In this document: positions 23,947-36,064 of the stretch, in pieces
How the letters are laid out: each line of letters opens with the position of its first letter
How positions within the stretch are numbered: position 1 is the stretch's first letter
Assembly (NCBI GenBank): GCA_965655095.1
Contig: OZ296653.1
Span: 3,348,001-3,412,000 of the forward strand
Source: Haplodiscus bocki
Lineage: Eukaryota
Length of the DNA stretch: 64,000 nt
Direction of reading: 5' to 3'
Notes under the pieces: generated by a model
Databases searched by the model: none
What the model saw: the letters and a program-made list of their open reading frames with translations, nothing else
What the model was told of the DNA's origin: nothing
Made by a program: the position numbers and the translations under genes

Positions 23947-26900
23947 CTAGGAACTTACTGGATGAAGGTAACGATTCGGGTGCTCGTTGCAAAAGCCACG
24001 AGGCTCCGTTGTTGAATCGCTTTCGCTGGACGAGCTAGAAGCTAAACTTGTAGATGCTAGTGAGGAGGAGGAAGATGCTGTCGTGCACGATCCACTGTCA
24101 ACCGGCAACGAATCGTTGGTAGTCGAAAAATGTAGAACCATAACAGAGTAAAAATTTTCAAAACCTGTTGGGGTAGAAAAGCTAAATGTGAGATAATTTT
24201 TGTGGAGCAAAAAAAACAGACCTGAATTTTGATCTGTAGTTTCGTCAACAGGTGTAAAAATTTTGTAATGCCCATATGCCAGCGATGAGACTCCGTTATC
24301 AAGCAGGAACCGTTTATCGTCGAATGAGCTGATTGACACTTTGTCAATTTTGTTGACCACTATTTGATGACAGTGTGAGCGCAATTGTGTCATCGTTTTG
24401 TTTACTTCCTTCTTTGAGAAAAAACAGTTCCTGAATAAGTCGTGATTCAAAGTTTTTTTGATTGACTTTTGAACGCCTTTAGCGCTCTGCTTCTTCCCAC
24501 CTACATAATCAATACTGTAGAGTTTTGACCGTGGACAAACGACTTCACGCAGAACTTTACCTTGCAACTCGTCTGTCATCGTTAATGGTACTTTTTTATT
24601 TGTTGGATCATGCAAAAAGTGTTCTTGCGGGTAATCCGAAAGGTCCAGCAGTTGTTTGAAGGAAGCCATATCATTGTACAGGTCGGGCGTTTCAATCAAA
24701 TAAAGGAGCGAATCAGTGTCTTTATAGGCTAGTTTCAATTGACTGGACGAGTAACGAGGTACCATTTCCTCACAATGGAACTTGTACAGTGATAATTTTG
24801 ACAAATCGAGAATAGAAGCACCCACGGGGGTTGATTCAGTCCATACCAGAGACGAATTTTTGAACGACACCCAGACCAAATCCTGTCTTATAATTTGGAA
24901 AGATTTGAACGTTGCTCTCTGAGCGAATGCTTCGGCTGGTTGACGATTTGACACAAACTTTACTTTGGATCGCTTCCTTAAATTTTCCATCGTTTTTCCA
25001 AAACAAGCATTACTCATCAACTTATAAAAGTTTTTCTCAAAATCGTTCGTAGCCTGCTTCCCTATACCAGTATTTTTTTCAATGTAGACGCCCAACCATT
25101 TGCTTTGCTGAAATTCGCAAACACGATGAAATTTTTCGAGTATCAACCCGTGTTTGATATAAAACTTGAGATTTTCATAATGGCACAATTAATTCTTTTT
25201 TTAAAAAGGGTTTCAATCAGCTTGGGAGTTTTGTTGGGTTTAATGCCAAAAGACTGTGCAAATGGTGAAAAGCATGAGGATCTTATCGCTCGCTTCTCAG
25301 GAGCAAGTGGAAGTCGATTGTGAAGGTCGTGCAGATGTTGAGGATATTTGAGGTCCACTTCGACAAAATACCTTATATTAGAACTTTCTGGAGTTTCCAA
25401 AAATTGTTTGACAGTTATTTCTGAGTTCCATCTGTAGTTTCCCCGAGGCATCATTTTTTGCATTGTGCCGGAATAGAGGGGTAATACATCATAAATTGCG
25501 CCGAATGTAGTTTTCTGACTTGGATCGAATGTGTTGAGATAGCGATTGTTCACAGTAAAATGCGGCAACTCGCGAACTCCATTGATGCCACCCCGGATGC
25601 CACGCTCGAAAAACAAAAGCATATCAAGATCCTCCAAAAGTCCCAATTTCACTCTCGTCGAGATGAGCATAGACTCCCAACTCAAATTTGGAGCAGAGTA
25701 AAAGTTAGCGCGATCGAGTTGGTAAACGCTCTAGCAGAAACTTCGAAACTTCTCAAAAATATCAGCCTGAAGAAGCACATCAGTTTATAGATAGACGTCG
25801 TGATAATCCCCAAGTTTGTGAACCGAATTTTTTGTAGATGTCAAGTGCATGTTGATAATCTTGTAAGGTAATATCAACTTTACCAGTGAGGCTGTTTTTC
25901 CAAAAGTCACTGAAATCTGGTAAAGGCTCTTCAAATTTTGGGAAGCTGTCGAGAAAACTGTAGTGAAAGAAACCTCTTTGTGTTACTTTACGGAACAATT
26001 GGTCCGGAATGTTCGAAAAAAATTCGAGTAATAACTAGTCGCCCGTTTTGAATGTCTTCGCAAGATTGTCCAAACTTTGGGATACAAACTGGTAACGATC
26101 TAGGAAGCGCATGGATTGAAAGAGCTTTACAGTTTTCCCACATTTCTTCGTGTATGAACCCACAGGCATATTGGCACTGAAGGAAATAAAAGTTTCGTCG
26201 GTTTTGGCAATTGGGAAGAGTTCTTCGGTTACTTTGAGCTTTAGTTGTTTCAAGAATATGATGCGCATCGTATCTTGACAATTTATGGAAAAAGGCAGGT
26301 GAAAAATTTGTAGTTCTGGCTCTCAAATTGCATTTTGAATGAGCCACCCCAAGAAGTGATCCAGAAAGATGACAATGGTGGATGACTCTTGCTGTTCTTA
26401 CCACATATACAACACAAAACAGTAGAAACGTTTCGCATTCGCTGTTGCTGGGATATTCTCAAGAGTCTAAAAGGCTGCTTTTCGTTATAGCACCATAAAA
26501 CCCGATCACGTAACGTGTCCAACAGCTTTGCGATACAGTCTTCTCGTCTGTAAAAACTCTGCTTCGCAATTCCATTGGCTGAAACAAAAACAGGAAATGA
26601 ACAAGAAGAAAGTGCATTCTCCTGTATTTGGCAGAAACGTTTAAACGATAGATGTATTAAACTATTATTTTGATAAAACAACTGAATTCTAGAATCAATG
26701 AGGACTGCTCCGAAACTAGCTGCATACTGTCGTTCAATTTCTCTTGTCCGGCTTTTCTCTCTCGGAATCTGTGTCGACGCAACATTGATTGCTTCGAGAT
26801 CAGCATATACAACAAAAGGACATTGCGTTTTTCCAAACTAACAAACTCGACAGATGGCGACTCGATAGGCTTTCGAATCTCGAGTGGGGCGTTGCTCTTG

Positions 26901-28035
26901 CAAAAAAGTACATGTTTTTTGAAGTTTGGTTTAACTATCGGTTGAAAGCAGTTTCGGCAGAATCGTGATTTTGGCTTTTTTATCAAACAGTAATGACTGT
27001 TTTTGTTCTCCAGTAAGCGCAGCAGGTGAATTTTATGCCGTCTTTTTCGGTTCTTACTGTGGTTCACTGACACCAGCTTGGAGTTCTCCTATTGATAAAC
27101 ATTGAAACTTTCAAAACGTAGGAATGGCGGACAGCGGCATTGGCATTAACTTCGGGTTGAAAGATAATCATTCAATATTTTTTTTGTGAATCTTTGGATT
27201 GTGAGGTCGCCCATCGAAAGAAAAAATTGCCGTTGCAATACAATAAAGGAAGCAAAAATTATCTCGCTTATTGACTACATTCAAAATTGAACGTTTCAAG
27301 GGTTTGAGAATTGGTGGTGTTTCTATATAAGAGCCCCCAGTGACATTGCCACAAGCAGCAGTTTTTATCTCCGGCTGTTTCATTGTTTCCACGACCCAAC
27401 CTGAACCACCAGTGGAGAACACATTCAATTGTGTCATTAATGCGTCAATGTGTTGCATATATTCGTCTTCAGTGAGCTCACAGGCAATTCTACACATTGC
27501 CGAATTGAAGAAAGCCTCAACGGCTTCACCTTCCATAGGCTTTTCCAGACTGACAGCGATGCTCATCCCAAGTTTCAAATTCGACCTTTTTCTCAATAAT
27601 GCGTTCACAGAAGAAATATTTTTCCCGCACGAGAATAAGGTAGTTGAACGGCTCCAAAACACCACTGTCATCCAACTTTAGCCGATGAATTCTAAATTTT
27701 GAATTCACTGCTTCTGTTGTGAAATCAAGCAAATCGGAAAAATCAACAGTCGCAGTGGAAGATGTAGCGTTGTAATCCTGCTACTGATGATCAGTCAATG
27801 CTTTCAACTCTCCAAAGTACGTGGGACAGGAAAAACAACGATAACTACTGCCTGACTCGTGTTGGTTCCTGTTATGGCACAATAAGTTGCAAGATTTCGT
27901 GAAGGAAACCTCGCAGTGACCACACTTGAAAATTTTCGCAGAAACATTCTCCTGACAAATGTGTTTCTTTCGCTTGTGATCATTCAAAGCACGTTTTGAG
28001 CTGAACAATTTGTCACATTCATCACATGGAAACAT
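23947..28035 (-). pseudogene. Protein-primed DNA polymerase B with C2H2 fingers, OTU-like protease region and EndoVII-like insert
   Basis: Three C2H2 fingers (27781-28035), GSGW, DNFCFLYC..HYCLI, CCICG..HHCHLSG..AHSKCNL, IRGG, KLMSNACFGK, YKDTDSL, SFDDKR. Confidence 0.95.
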
Positions 28036-28449
28036 TTTAGGGAAGTCTCGGAGAAAGAACTTGAAAAAGTCGTGGTCCCATTTGGAAAACTAACAATTTT
28101 GCAAAAAACGAGAATTGCACAAAAAAATTAGGTTTTTTAAATTCACTGGACCACGACTTTTTACTCTACTGGTTCACGTTTTTCCAATAACGTTGATTTT
28201 TCAACAGTACAATAACGTTAATTTCTTGAAAGTTGGCGGTTGAAACGTTTGAGAAATTAACTTTATAAAATTCTTGGTTTTCGGCGCAATAGTTAAGAAA
28301 ACAGTTAAGAAAACGGGTTATCAGAATGAAATTGTCAAAATGACAGCTAATAATCAGTTTTTGTTCAGTTTTGGTTCCGTACACTGAAACCAACATAGAA
28401 AGTTTAAATGGTAGAAGAATTTGGACAGTTGGATTGCCAACTGACAAAA

Positions 28450-28571
28450 TAGTCAACAAAATTCAGTTGAGGTTGATTTTGTACTTTGAACTCTTTGACT
28501 TGGAAAATTTTTGGCTTGGGAGTCAAAAATTGCATTTAACCCCCCCCCCCTCCCTCTCTTTCCTTACTACT
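28450..28571 (-). repeat. Right terminal inverted repeat of element 2
   Basis: Reverse complement of the left TIR; ends ccttactact. Confidence 0.9.
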
Positions 28572-29234
28572 ATTATGAACGCTCCGATCAGATCACCAGA
28601 GGCGCTTCTTGATGATTGAAAGTTACTATTATGTCTAACCAGGCAAACTAGTTCACCTTTCCCGGAGTCTGAGGAAAATTTACATCGACATTTTCTACAA
28701 TAACAGTGACATATGTTTTCATGTTCGTCGCATACAGATGCTTTGTATCCCTGGCTGTTGTCAACGATCTCATGATTCCTTCGAAGATGAAGGCCTACTC
28801 TACACAATCTGCTGTCTGATGTTTGAATTCGAACATTTTGATGTCAATTTCATGGAATCGCAGCTTTCTTCAGAAAGTCTTTCGGTTTGAGTTGATGCCT
28901 CAATTATGTCTAATTGTATTCCCAATGTGGTTTTTGGACTTTCCCAAGAATTTACCTGAAATCATTAGTTGCGCTAGCAGGACTATAACCATTTCTGTTT
29001 CAATGCGTGATGTGCGGCAATTTGCGAAAGACTCCAGGTTTAAAGTCGGGTGGAACTAAACAATAGTGTTTCAAAAATGGTTTTTAGACCACCTCGAATT
29101 GTACAACAAACGTTTGCTTTAATTTTTATTGCCGTTTTGATGTGAGCTTGCAAAAATGCATCATTTGCAGGACTTAGGTTTTCGGATTTGTTGGAATTGT
29201 GCTGAATTATTCCCAAGATTGTTTGTGAGCTCAT
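28572..29234 (-). pseudogene. 5' half of RING/B-box (TRIM-like) pseudogene
   Basis: LCRVGLHLRRNHEIVD..VCDEHENICHCYCRKC fits tandem B-box zinc fingers; decayed Cys motifs upstream. Confidence 0.5.
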
Positions 29235-30759
29235 TCAGACTTGTAGTTTTTGAGGGAGTTTGGTTTCTTTAGATTAAGAGGCTAACGGTCAATTGTTTTC
29301 CATTATGGTTTTGGTGTTAGTGGTACTTGTATATCTTGTACTTGCATGTTTAGTTAGAGTTGGAGGTGTAGATTAACCTTTCTGGGATGAAATATCAAGA
29401 CCACGGCATTTTCAGACAAACATGGGGTTTAACGTAATAGTGTAGGATTGTTTAAATGTTTCCGAATCGCATTTTGGCTTGCACAAGGCTATCCAATAAT
29501 GTAGTACAATTTGGGGGACTGAAGCCACAACTTGTCAGTGAATTTGGAAGAGCACAGGTTTTTTCAGAAAAAGCTGTGGTTTTATGTGATATGATCCAAC
29601 GCTCAGTAGTTTTTCAAAGTAGTTTTTGGCTCTTTAACTCTAGTGAATGAATCGTTAAGTTGAAATATTCAACAGTCTGAAAACGCGTTTCCTGATATGA
29701 CTTGGAAAGAACATTGCAATATTCAACAACCATTTTGCTCATCGGCATCGAGAGTTGCCTTGAATTAAATTTCACAGAAGACGGCTTTTTTGCTCCCCAA
29801 GACTAGTTTATCAGATCTTTAGTTGCAGGTATAGCACAACCTTTTTGACTTGATTTTGCTAACCAGGGCATTTTCAGACAGAACTTTACTTTTCCCGTTT
29901 TAAAATTTTAGCGTTTAATTGCTACCAATTGGCATCTGGGATTTCCCAAGCCAATACAATACAAGTTTAATTGAGCTCGGATTTTAACCGTTTCCAGTTT
30001 TTTGACTCGCCCACAAACATTTAGTTGGGCTCGGAGTTTTAAAAGCAACGTTCTGATGTGAGTTTATGGAAGAGCGGCTTTTTCAAAGTCTTTTGATTTG
30101 AAGCGTTCTGACGCTAACGTTTCATTGTTTTTCCAATATGATTTTGGACTCACCCACACTTATTCATGAAACGGTTATTTTGGTTGGGTCATTTGAATTT
30201 CATTTCGGAATTTTCAGAGTTTCGGGGTTTGAACATTGTTGGACTGCCATTTAATTGTTTTGCAGTATGGTTTTGGAATCGCCCACCGTTATGCATCAAA
30301 TTTTAAACCGAGTTCGGAGACCCAAAATTTTCTCTTCTGATTTGAGTTTGCTAAACCACGTTTTTTCAGGATGTTTTTTGGTTTTAGGCATTTTAAGATT
30401 ACCATTCAAGTGCTGCCCATCGCGGTTTTTGGACTCGGTGGCTTTTATTAATTTTCTCGCCCATATGTAAAAATGTAAGGTAAATCATCCACTCAAATCT
30501 GAAATTGAACGTTTCTTTTTCACGTTTTCCCAATTGATAATGTCCAACTTGACGCTAGTGTTCAGTTTCGAGTTTGAGCGTTTTCCACCCGTAGAGTGCG
30601 ACTGAAATAATAAGATTTCTCGAAAGGTACAAAATTTGGGTTTCCGCAAAAAGATGGTTTTTCTTCTCAAAACTTGTATGATTGCTGTCAATGTAAAAGC
30701 TTTTGTCATATAATGGATAGCTCGGAAACAGATGTCAAAATTTTTCAAGGGAACGTTTG

Positions 30760-30945
30760 TAGAACTGTAAAATCTACGTTGAAAATTTGCAAAGTCAACG
30801 AATATTGACAGTTGGTTTACTTACTGTGTACTTAGTCAACAAAATTCAGTTTCGGTTGAATTTGTATTTTGAACTCTTTGACTTTGAAAATTTTCAGTTT
30901 GGGAGTCAAAATTTGCATTTAACTCGCCCCCCCCCCCCCACTACT
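30760..30945 (-). mobile_element. Orphan Polinton terminus (left-end type of the element 2 family, inverted)
   Basis: Reverse complement reads agtagt(G)n..ttaaatgcaaattttgactccc..gactaagtacacagtaagtaaaccaactgtcaa.attcgttgac, matching 14398-14540. Confidence 0.85.
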
Positions 30946-31719
30946 TCCGTTCGTCAAAAGAGTTGATGTTATTCCAGAAAATTCCCAGTAGTTTCTTTTT
31001 GAGACCATCGCTCGCTCGCAAATCGACGCCTATTATGTTTGCCTTGTATGCAGATACGGCAGATAACTTAACTACTTTGATTATTGCTGTTAAGCAGCAT
31101 ATCTTAACTGGTATCATTGCTTCGACAACCACAACTGAAAAGCCTTCAATTGTTATGGCTTTGATTGATTCTAAAGGAGACACTTTCAAATATCTCATTC
31201 TCATCTTTCAGGAAAGGTGCATCGAGGAAGTTATGGAGTGAAAATCGAAGCTAGAGATTTTCAAACAGGAATCTGTGTTTTCACAACCAACCTAACAGAA
31301 ATTTATTGAATAAATTTGCCTTTCTTTTCCATTATCATCGACAACTAGACGTTCTCCTAATTCCAAGGAAATTCTAATTCCAAGTACATTAGCTTTCCTG
31401 CTGTTTTCCTTTCTATGGTGTTATTGATTTTCCTGAAATTTTTGCCTTTATTAGAAAAAAATCGTTGCTCCTAAAGTTGCCGAGAACTCGATTCGACTTC
31501 TGGAACATTCTTTCGACACAAGTTTCATTTACTCATGAAATTGTGGATTTTTTGAATGCTTTTCTCAAGGATGATATCTGTTAGTGCTACAAGTTTCAGA
31601 GTTATTCAGGATTCGACTCCGCGTTGCTTTATGGTCACTGAATTTGAACGTTCCTGATGAATTTATAAAGTACAATACTGAGAATTGGGAAAGTTTGACT
31701 GGATTTTTTTTAATTTCAG

Positions 31720-31989
31720 GTTTGCCTTGGTCGTGAAGGCTTCATCTACTTTGGCGACTCCAAAAATGGATACACTTTGTGTCACACGTTCTATTTGAAA
31801 GATTCGAAAGCCAGGGGCTTGCAACGATTCTACAGTTTACTAGCTTGGAGCAGAGACAGATATTTCCTCATCAACTATTTCTCTTTCTTCCAAAACAATT
31901 TCAAACTCATAGTATCTTCACTTAGTGCAATGGCCGACAGTGTCTTCAGTGCGGAGAAAGACCCCAGCAGCAGGCATGTGCAACTTGTT
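31720..31989 (+). CDS. FLCN: Folliculin exon (longin domain)
   Basis: tttcag|VCLGREGFIYFGDSKNGYTLCHTFYLKDSKARGLQRFYSLL..DRYFLINY..VFSAE|gtaagt matches FLCN [39 protein letters not shown]. Confidence 0.92.
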
Positions 31990-32924
31990 GTAAGTTATAT
32001 TTTTTCATTTCATAATGTGAAACAACTGATCAAAAATAACAGGTGTAAATGTGGTTCCACGTGAAGCTGAGATGGGTACTCATGGCGCTCCTATTCTCAA
32101 AGTTTAGCTGGGTTCTTCAAGAGGAAAATTTTCTTGAATCTTCTAAGGTAACATTCATTTTTTGCATTTGAGAAAAATTTTGACTGCATTATAGCAGCAT
32201 TTTGAAACTTGCTGTTTTTTCTCAAAACTTCCTGTTTTCCAAGATAATTGCTTTCAGTTAGCATTGCAAACTTTAATTTTCGAATACCGTTCAATGTTCA
32301 TTGGGGACAGCCAGTGTTGAATAATTTCACAAATTGAGTTGATCTTTTTCCGAATTTCACTCACTGAACATTTCAATAAACAGATATTTGAAAGTTGCAT
32401 CGTGTTGACGCCCTTTTCAATTCTGCCCATTTCAGCTCCATCTCCTAACATCATCTGAGGCTCGTTTATGGCTTCGATACCCACGGCGCTTTTGAATTTT
32501 TCCTGCAATCCTTTCGCAAGGGATCCTAAAAAAATGTTTTGAGCTCACTTTGTTGAATTTTCTAAATACCGCAATATCGCCTAATATAAAGTATACAATT
32601 AAGTTCTTTATTCAGTCCACTGAGTTGCACATGCTTGTGAAGCAGCCAATCAACATCGAGTTCGACGGTAGTATCTGTACCGAATGGCAGTATTGTTCAT
32701 TCGTCTCTAGCTTCGGTGCAAATTCTGAGAAGTCGCAGAATGCCAATTGGTGCCAGAAGTCTCCCTGAGCTGCTCAAATGTCAAAACATCTTCGAAATAC
32801 TGCACCAACAGTTCACTTGGATTCTTAAGGTGCGTAGTCTTGCTTTCACGCAATGACCCAGTTTTCTCTTGACAACGGGGTGTGCTCCAACTCAATATTT
32901 TCTTACATTCAGATAAAGATATAA

Positions 32925-33010
32925 AAATCAGCCCGGCCGGGCATCGAACCCGGTACTTGAGGCATGGTGGCCGAGCGAGGTCCCGCGCAACTTCTTTGCA
33001 GTCAGGTCTG
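32925..33010 (-). repeat. tRNA-derived SINE-like fragment
   Basis: Minus strand ccggg-ttcgatg-cccgg forms a T-arm/B-box followed by ccgggc; no intact cloverleaf. Confidence 0.35.
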
Positions 33011-33244
33011 ACCTTGAAAGTCATTTTTAAGGATTTGGGATGGTACATTTTTCAAGTCTTGAAAAATTGAAATCATTGTTGTAGACTTGTTAGTAGTAAG
33101 GAAAACGGCCGGTCTTTCTGGGGGCCTTGATTCAAAATTAGAGGACCCTCCTTAGGGGTCCTCCAATTTTGAAGCAAGGACCCACCCCCATTGAAAGCCC
33201 GGCCGTTCACTTTTCTTAGGACCCCTCAGTAAAACGACAGTTCG

Positions 33245-33800
33245 ATGAAATCCGGACTAGTAATGCCGAGTGCCGCTCGGGCTTCGGAAATCTTAGCAGA
33301 TGGTCTACATCTCGTGATTGCAAGTCGTCCGGTCGATTTAATTCTTCGGATCACATTCGTGTCGCGTGACGCACAACATAAGTTATTTCGAGAATGCGCT
33401 GGACTCCAAAACAATGCAACCAGAAGAAATAGACGTAATCAAAGTGCAACAAATTTTCCATCGACTTTCTAATGATAAAACTGACGATTTTGATATCTAC
33501 AGAGAATATGTTTTGAGCTTTTGTTTGACTTACCTGAGAAATACTACTCTGAACGTAACACTAGAGCAACTCCAAAGCTTGTTGAAAGAACAGCCAGAAA
33601 TCAAATGTGGATTGTTTTACAAGCATAGTAAAGTTTACAGACTACTTGTGATTGTTTCTGACGCTCAAACTTTACTTGGAAATTTCTCTGACGAAGGAGA
33701 CTTTAGATACGAAACAAGTTTGAAAGATTTTGGTCAGCTTCAATTCTTCCTCTCTGGAGCATTTTGAGATTGAAATTATCACCACAAGCACACTGGCTTA
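33245..33800 (+). pseudogene. Polinton ORFan (homolog of 3040-3670)
   Basis: Two overlapping ORFs joined by a frameshift; LFYKHSKVYRLL motif. Confidence 0.45.
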
Positions 33801-33814
33801 ATGAGTTGGAATGT

Positions 33815-34301
33815 GGAACGAAAGCGAAAACATTGTTTTTGATTTTCAAAGTTTTACTTATAATTTTATATTGAAAGAGCTGACTGTTTATGAAAAAAAA
33901 TTTTCAAAGCACACTGCTTTTCAAACCACCGAAAGAACTGCTTGACTGTACCATTACACTACGAAGTTCAATAAATTTGCTTACAAAGAGAATTCATGGT
34001 TGTCACTGGAATTTTGGTTTTTACCCTTACAGCTTCATTAAACGAATATTTTGTTTGCCTTCGATTTCGTTTTCCCAAATTGACAGTCTTTGTTAAAGGA
34101 AAGAATAAAGTGGATTTCATTTCCAAATATCTGGAAAACGTTCGAGACTTGGACGAACTTTGTTGTCCACCAATGAAAGAACTACCCAAAGATTTTTTTA
34201 TTTCGTGTTCCAATCAAAACAAAACTGAACCCTGGAAATGCTACGAGAAGTTTTGGCATTGTAGTAAAATAAAGTCGGCGTCACTTTATCAGTGGCTGTA
34301 A
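33815..34301 (+). pseudogene. DEDD/DnaQ-like exonuclease-family accessory gene
   Basis: IVFDFQSF..ILKEL, LFKPP, RIHGCHWNFGFYPY, FVKGKNK, DLDELCCP, HCSKIK. Confidence 0.65.
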
Positions 34302-35459
34302 ATATTCAAATATGGAAACACAGATGGAGGCCAATCACATGTGTCCAATGCTAATTCCTCATTTGAGCGTTTGCATGTTAGCAGCGGCAAACAATAGTCA
34401 TTTGGTCACTTCGACCAAATACGAGTATGTTGGATTTGGTTCTCACAGAGTTATGAGAAGAGGTGTGATCCAATGGTCTCTGTCAGAGTACTACTTACTA
34501 AACTCTGCGTTTGGTGCTGTTGACGCCGGAATTTTGGATAAACTATGTCAGCAGAGTCCGAGACCCGGCAGACGAATTTTTCCATTATGAAAAATAAAAT
34601 ACCACCCCTCAACTTTCCTAACAAGAAACCGCAACGTCCGATAGAAATTCATACAGGCTATTCTAATTCACTCAAAGAAGTGAAGCAGATTGTGAAAAGA
34701 CAGAAAGTGGATAAGATTTCGTTCTTCCCTGTATTCCGCAAAAGACCCTCAAGTTTCAGAACTGATTTAATTTCTGAAGACACCGAATGGAACTCTTTCC
34801 TTATTTTGCATGATACGAAGGAGATCGTTTTACCTAGTAGTAGTTTGTAAAGTCAACTAACATGTGTATCATTTGTAGACTGAATAGTTTTTAAACTATT
34901 GTACCGTTCTCTTATTTCTTTTGACACTTATACTAGTTTACCGTTCTTTTCCTTCTTTGACACTCAAACACAAGAAATTTCTGGTTCAAGTGCATCTCTA
35001 TCCTTCTCAACATTGCCAAGCCAGAAAAACTGTGTAAAAAGACACACAGTTAAAAGCATCTACTTTTTGCTCAGAAAAATTGCATGCTTTTCCGCAGTAC
35101 ACTTTTCACAACGAGTTCTGACCGCTTTTTTAATGATTCTTTTTTTGAAATTCAAAATCTCTTCATGTTATGGTTTTGAATAATGTGTTCAGAGCCAGTT
35201 GACTCACCATGTCTAATACCACTTTTTGAACTGGTTTATGAATAGAACGATGTAGAGAGGTCCCCTTGGTACTTTTGCAATTCTACAAAATTACCTACAT
35301 CCGAAGTAGTATTTTTTATTCAAGCATTGGCATCTTTACTTGCGATAACATTTTGTTTGACGAAATTAGCTTTTTTCGACGTTGCTTGTGACGAGAAACC
35401 ATTTTGGACAACACTTTTATCGGGAGCAGTTGGATATCTTATGCCTAACCCAAAACCAT

Positions 35460-36050
35460 GAATAAAGCAAAAACTAGAAAAGTCGTTTTTGGCCTAATTT
35501 CCTATTCTTTTGAGAATTTCGGAACTTTGAAAACTTAACAATGGAATTTTACTTCATCAATAAATGCCTCTGATGTTTCTGTGACAGTTGATACCATCTG
35601 TCAGCAAAGAAGTTTTTAAAAGCTATTCTGAAATCTATCTCCAATCTGCTAAGCGAAAATCAATGTATTAAAATAGGATGTTAAGTTTATACTTTTACTT
35701 TTTACAATTTCTTCTAGAAATTCAAAGTTGTTGAAAGTGTTAAAGATAAAAGCTCTGGGGAAAGACAATAACTCACAAGTTATGTAATTTGTTTCTTGTT
35801 ATTTTGCGTTCTTGTCAAGATTTTTTACGAAAACTGCCAAAATTAGTCAGTATTCGCAATGCTTGCATCCTTCTTTTATTAAACTTTGGGACGCAATTTT
35901 CTACCTCTTTGAAGTACTTGTTTCGGCAAATGAAATAACCGTGTAATAGCCCTTTTAATGAGCTTTTTCAGAGTACCGTTGTTTACTCTGATCTCCTATT
36001 ATTTACTTCTCCACTTAGGATTTTGTAAAGCGTATCAAAATTGCTTTGTC
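35460..36050. repeat. Dispersed repeat inserted in element 3; inverted copy at 55770-56345
   Basis: gagctttttcagagtaccgttgtttactctgatctcct..ccacttaggattttgtaaagcgtatcaaaattgc is the reverse complement of 55770-55855, with similarity over ~580 bp. Confidence 0.85.
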
Positions 36051-36064
36051 GCATTAATTAAAAT

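Larger units (their letters stand above)
14398..28571. mobile_element. Polinton/Maverick element 2, complete (14,174 bp), with TIRs and 6-bp TSD
   Basis: Starts agtagtaagga at 14398 and ends tccttactact at 28571; TSD aatatg (14392-14397) / attatg (28572-28577); full gene set. Confidence 0.95.

Noticed and set aside
30760-30945. True right end of element 2
   Set aside because: Its flank (tccgtt) does not match the left TSD aatatg, whereas 28572-28577 (attatg) does and restores the interrupted ORF
32060-32900. Possible degraded MULE transposase on the minus strand (GTDTTV.., GDG..)
   Set aside because: Motif similarity is too weak and fragmented to support a call
32925-33010. Functional tRNA gene
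   Set aside because: Only the T-arm is recognisable; no D-arm or anticodon stem
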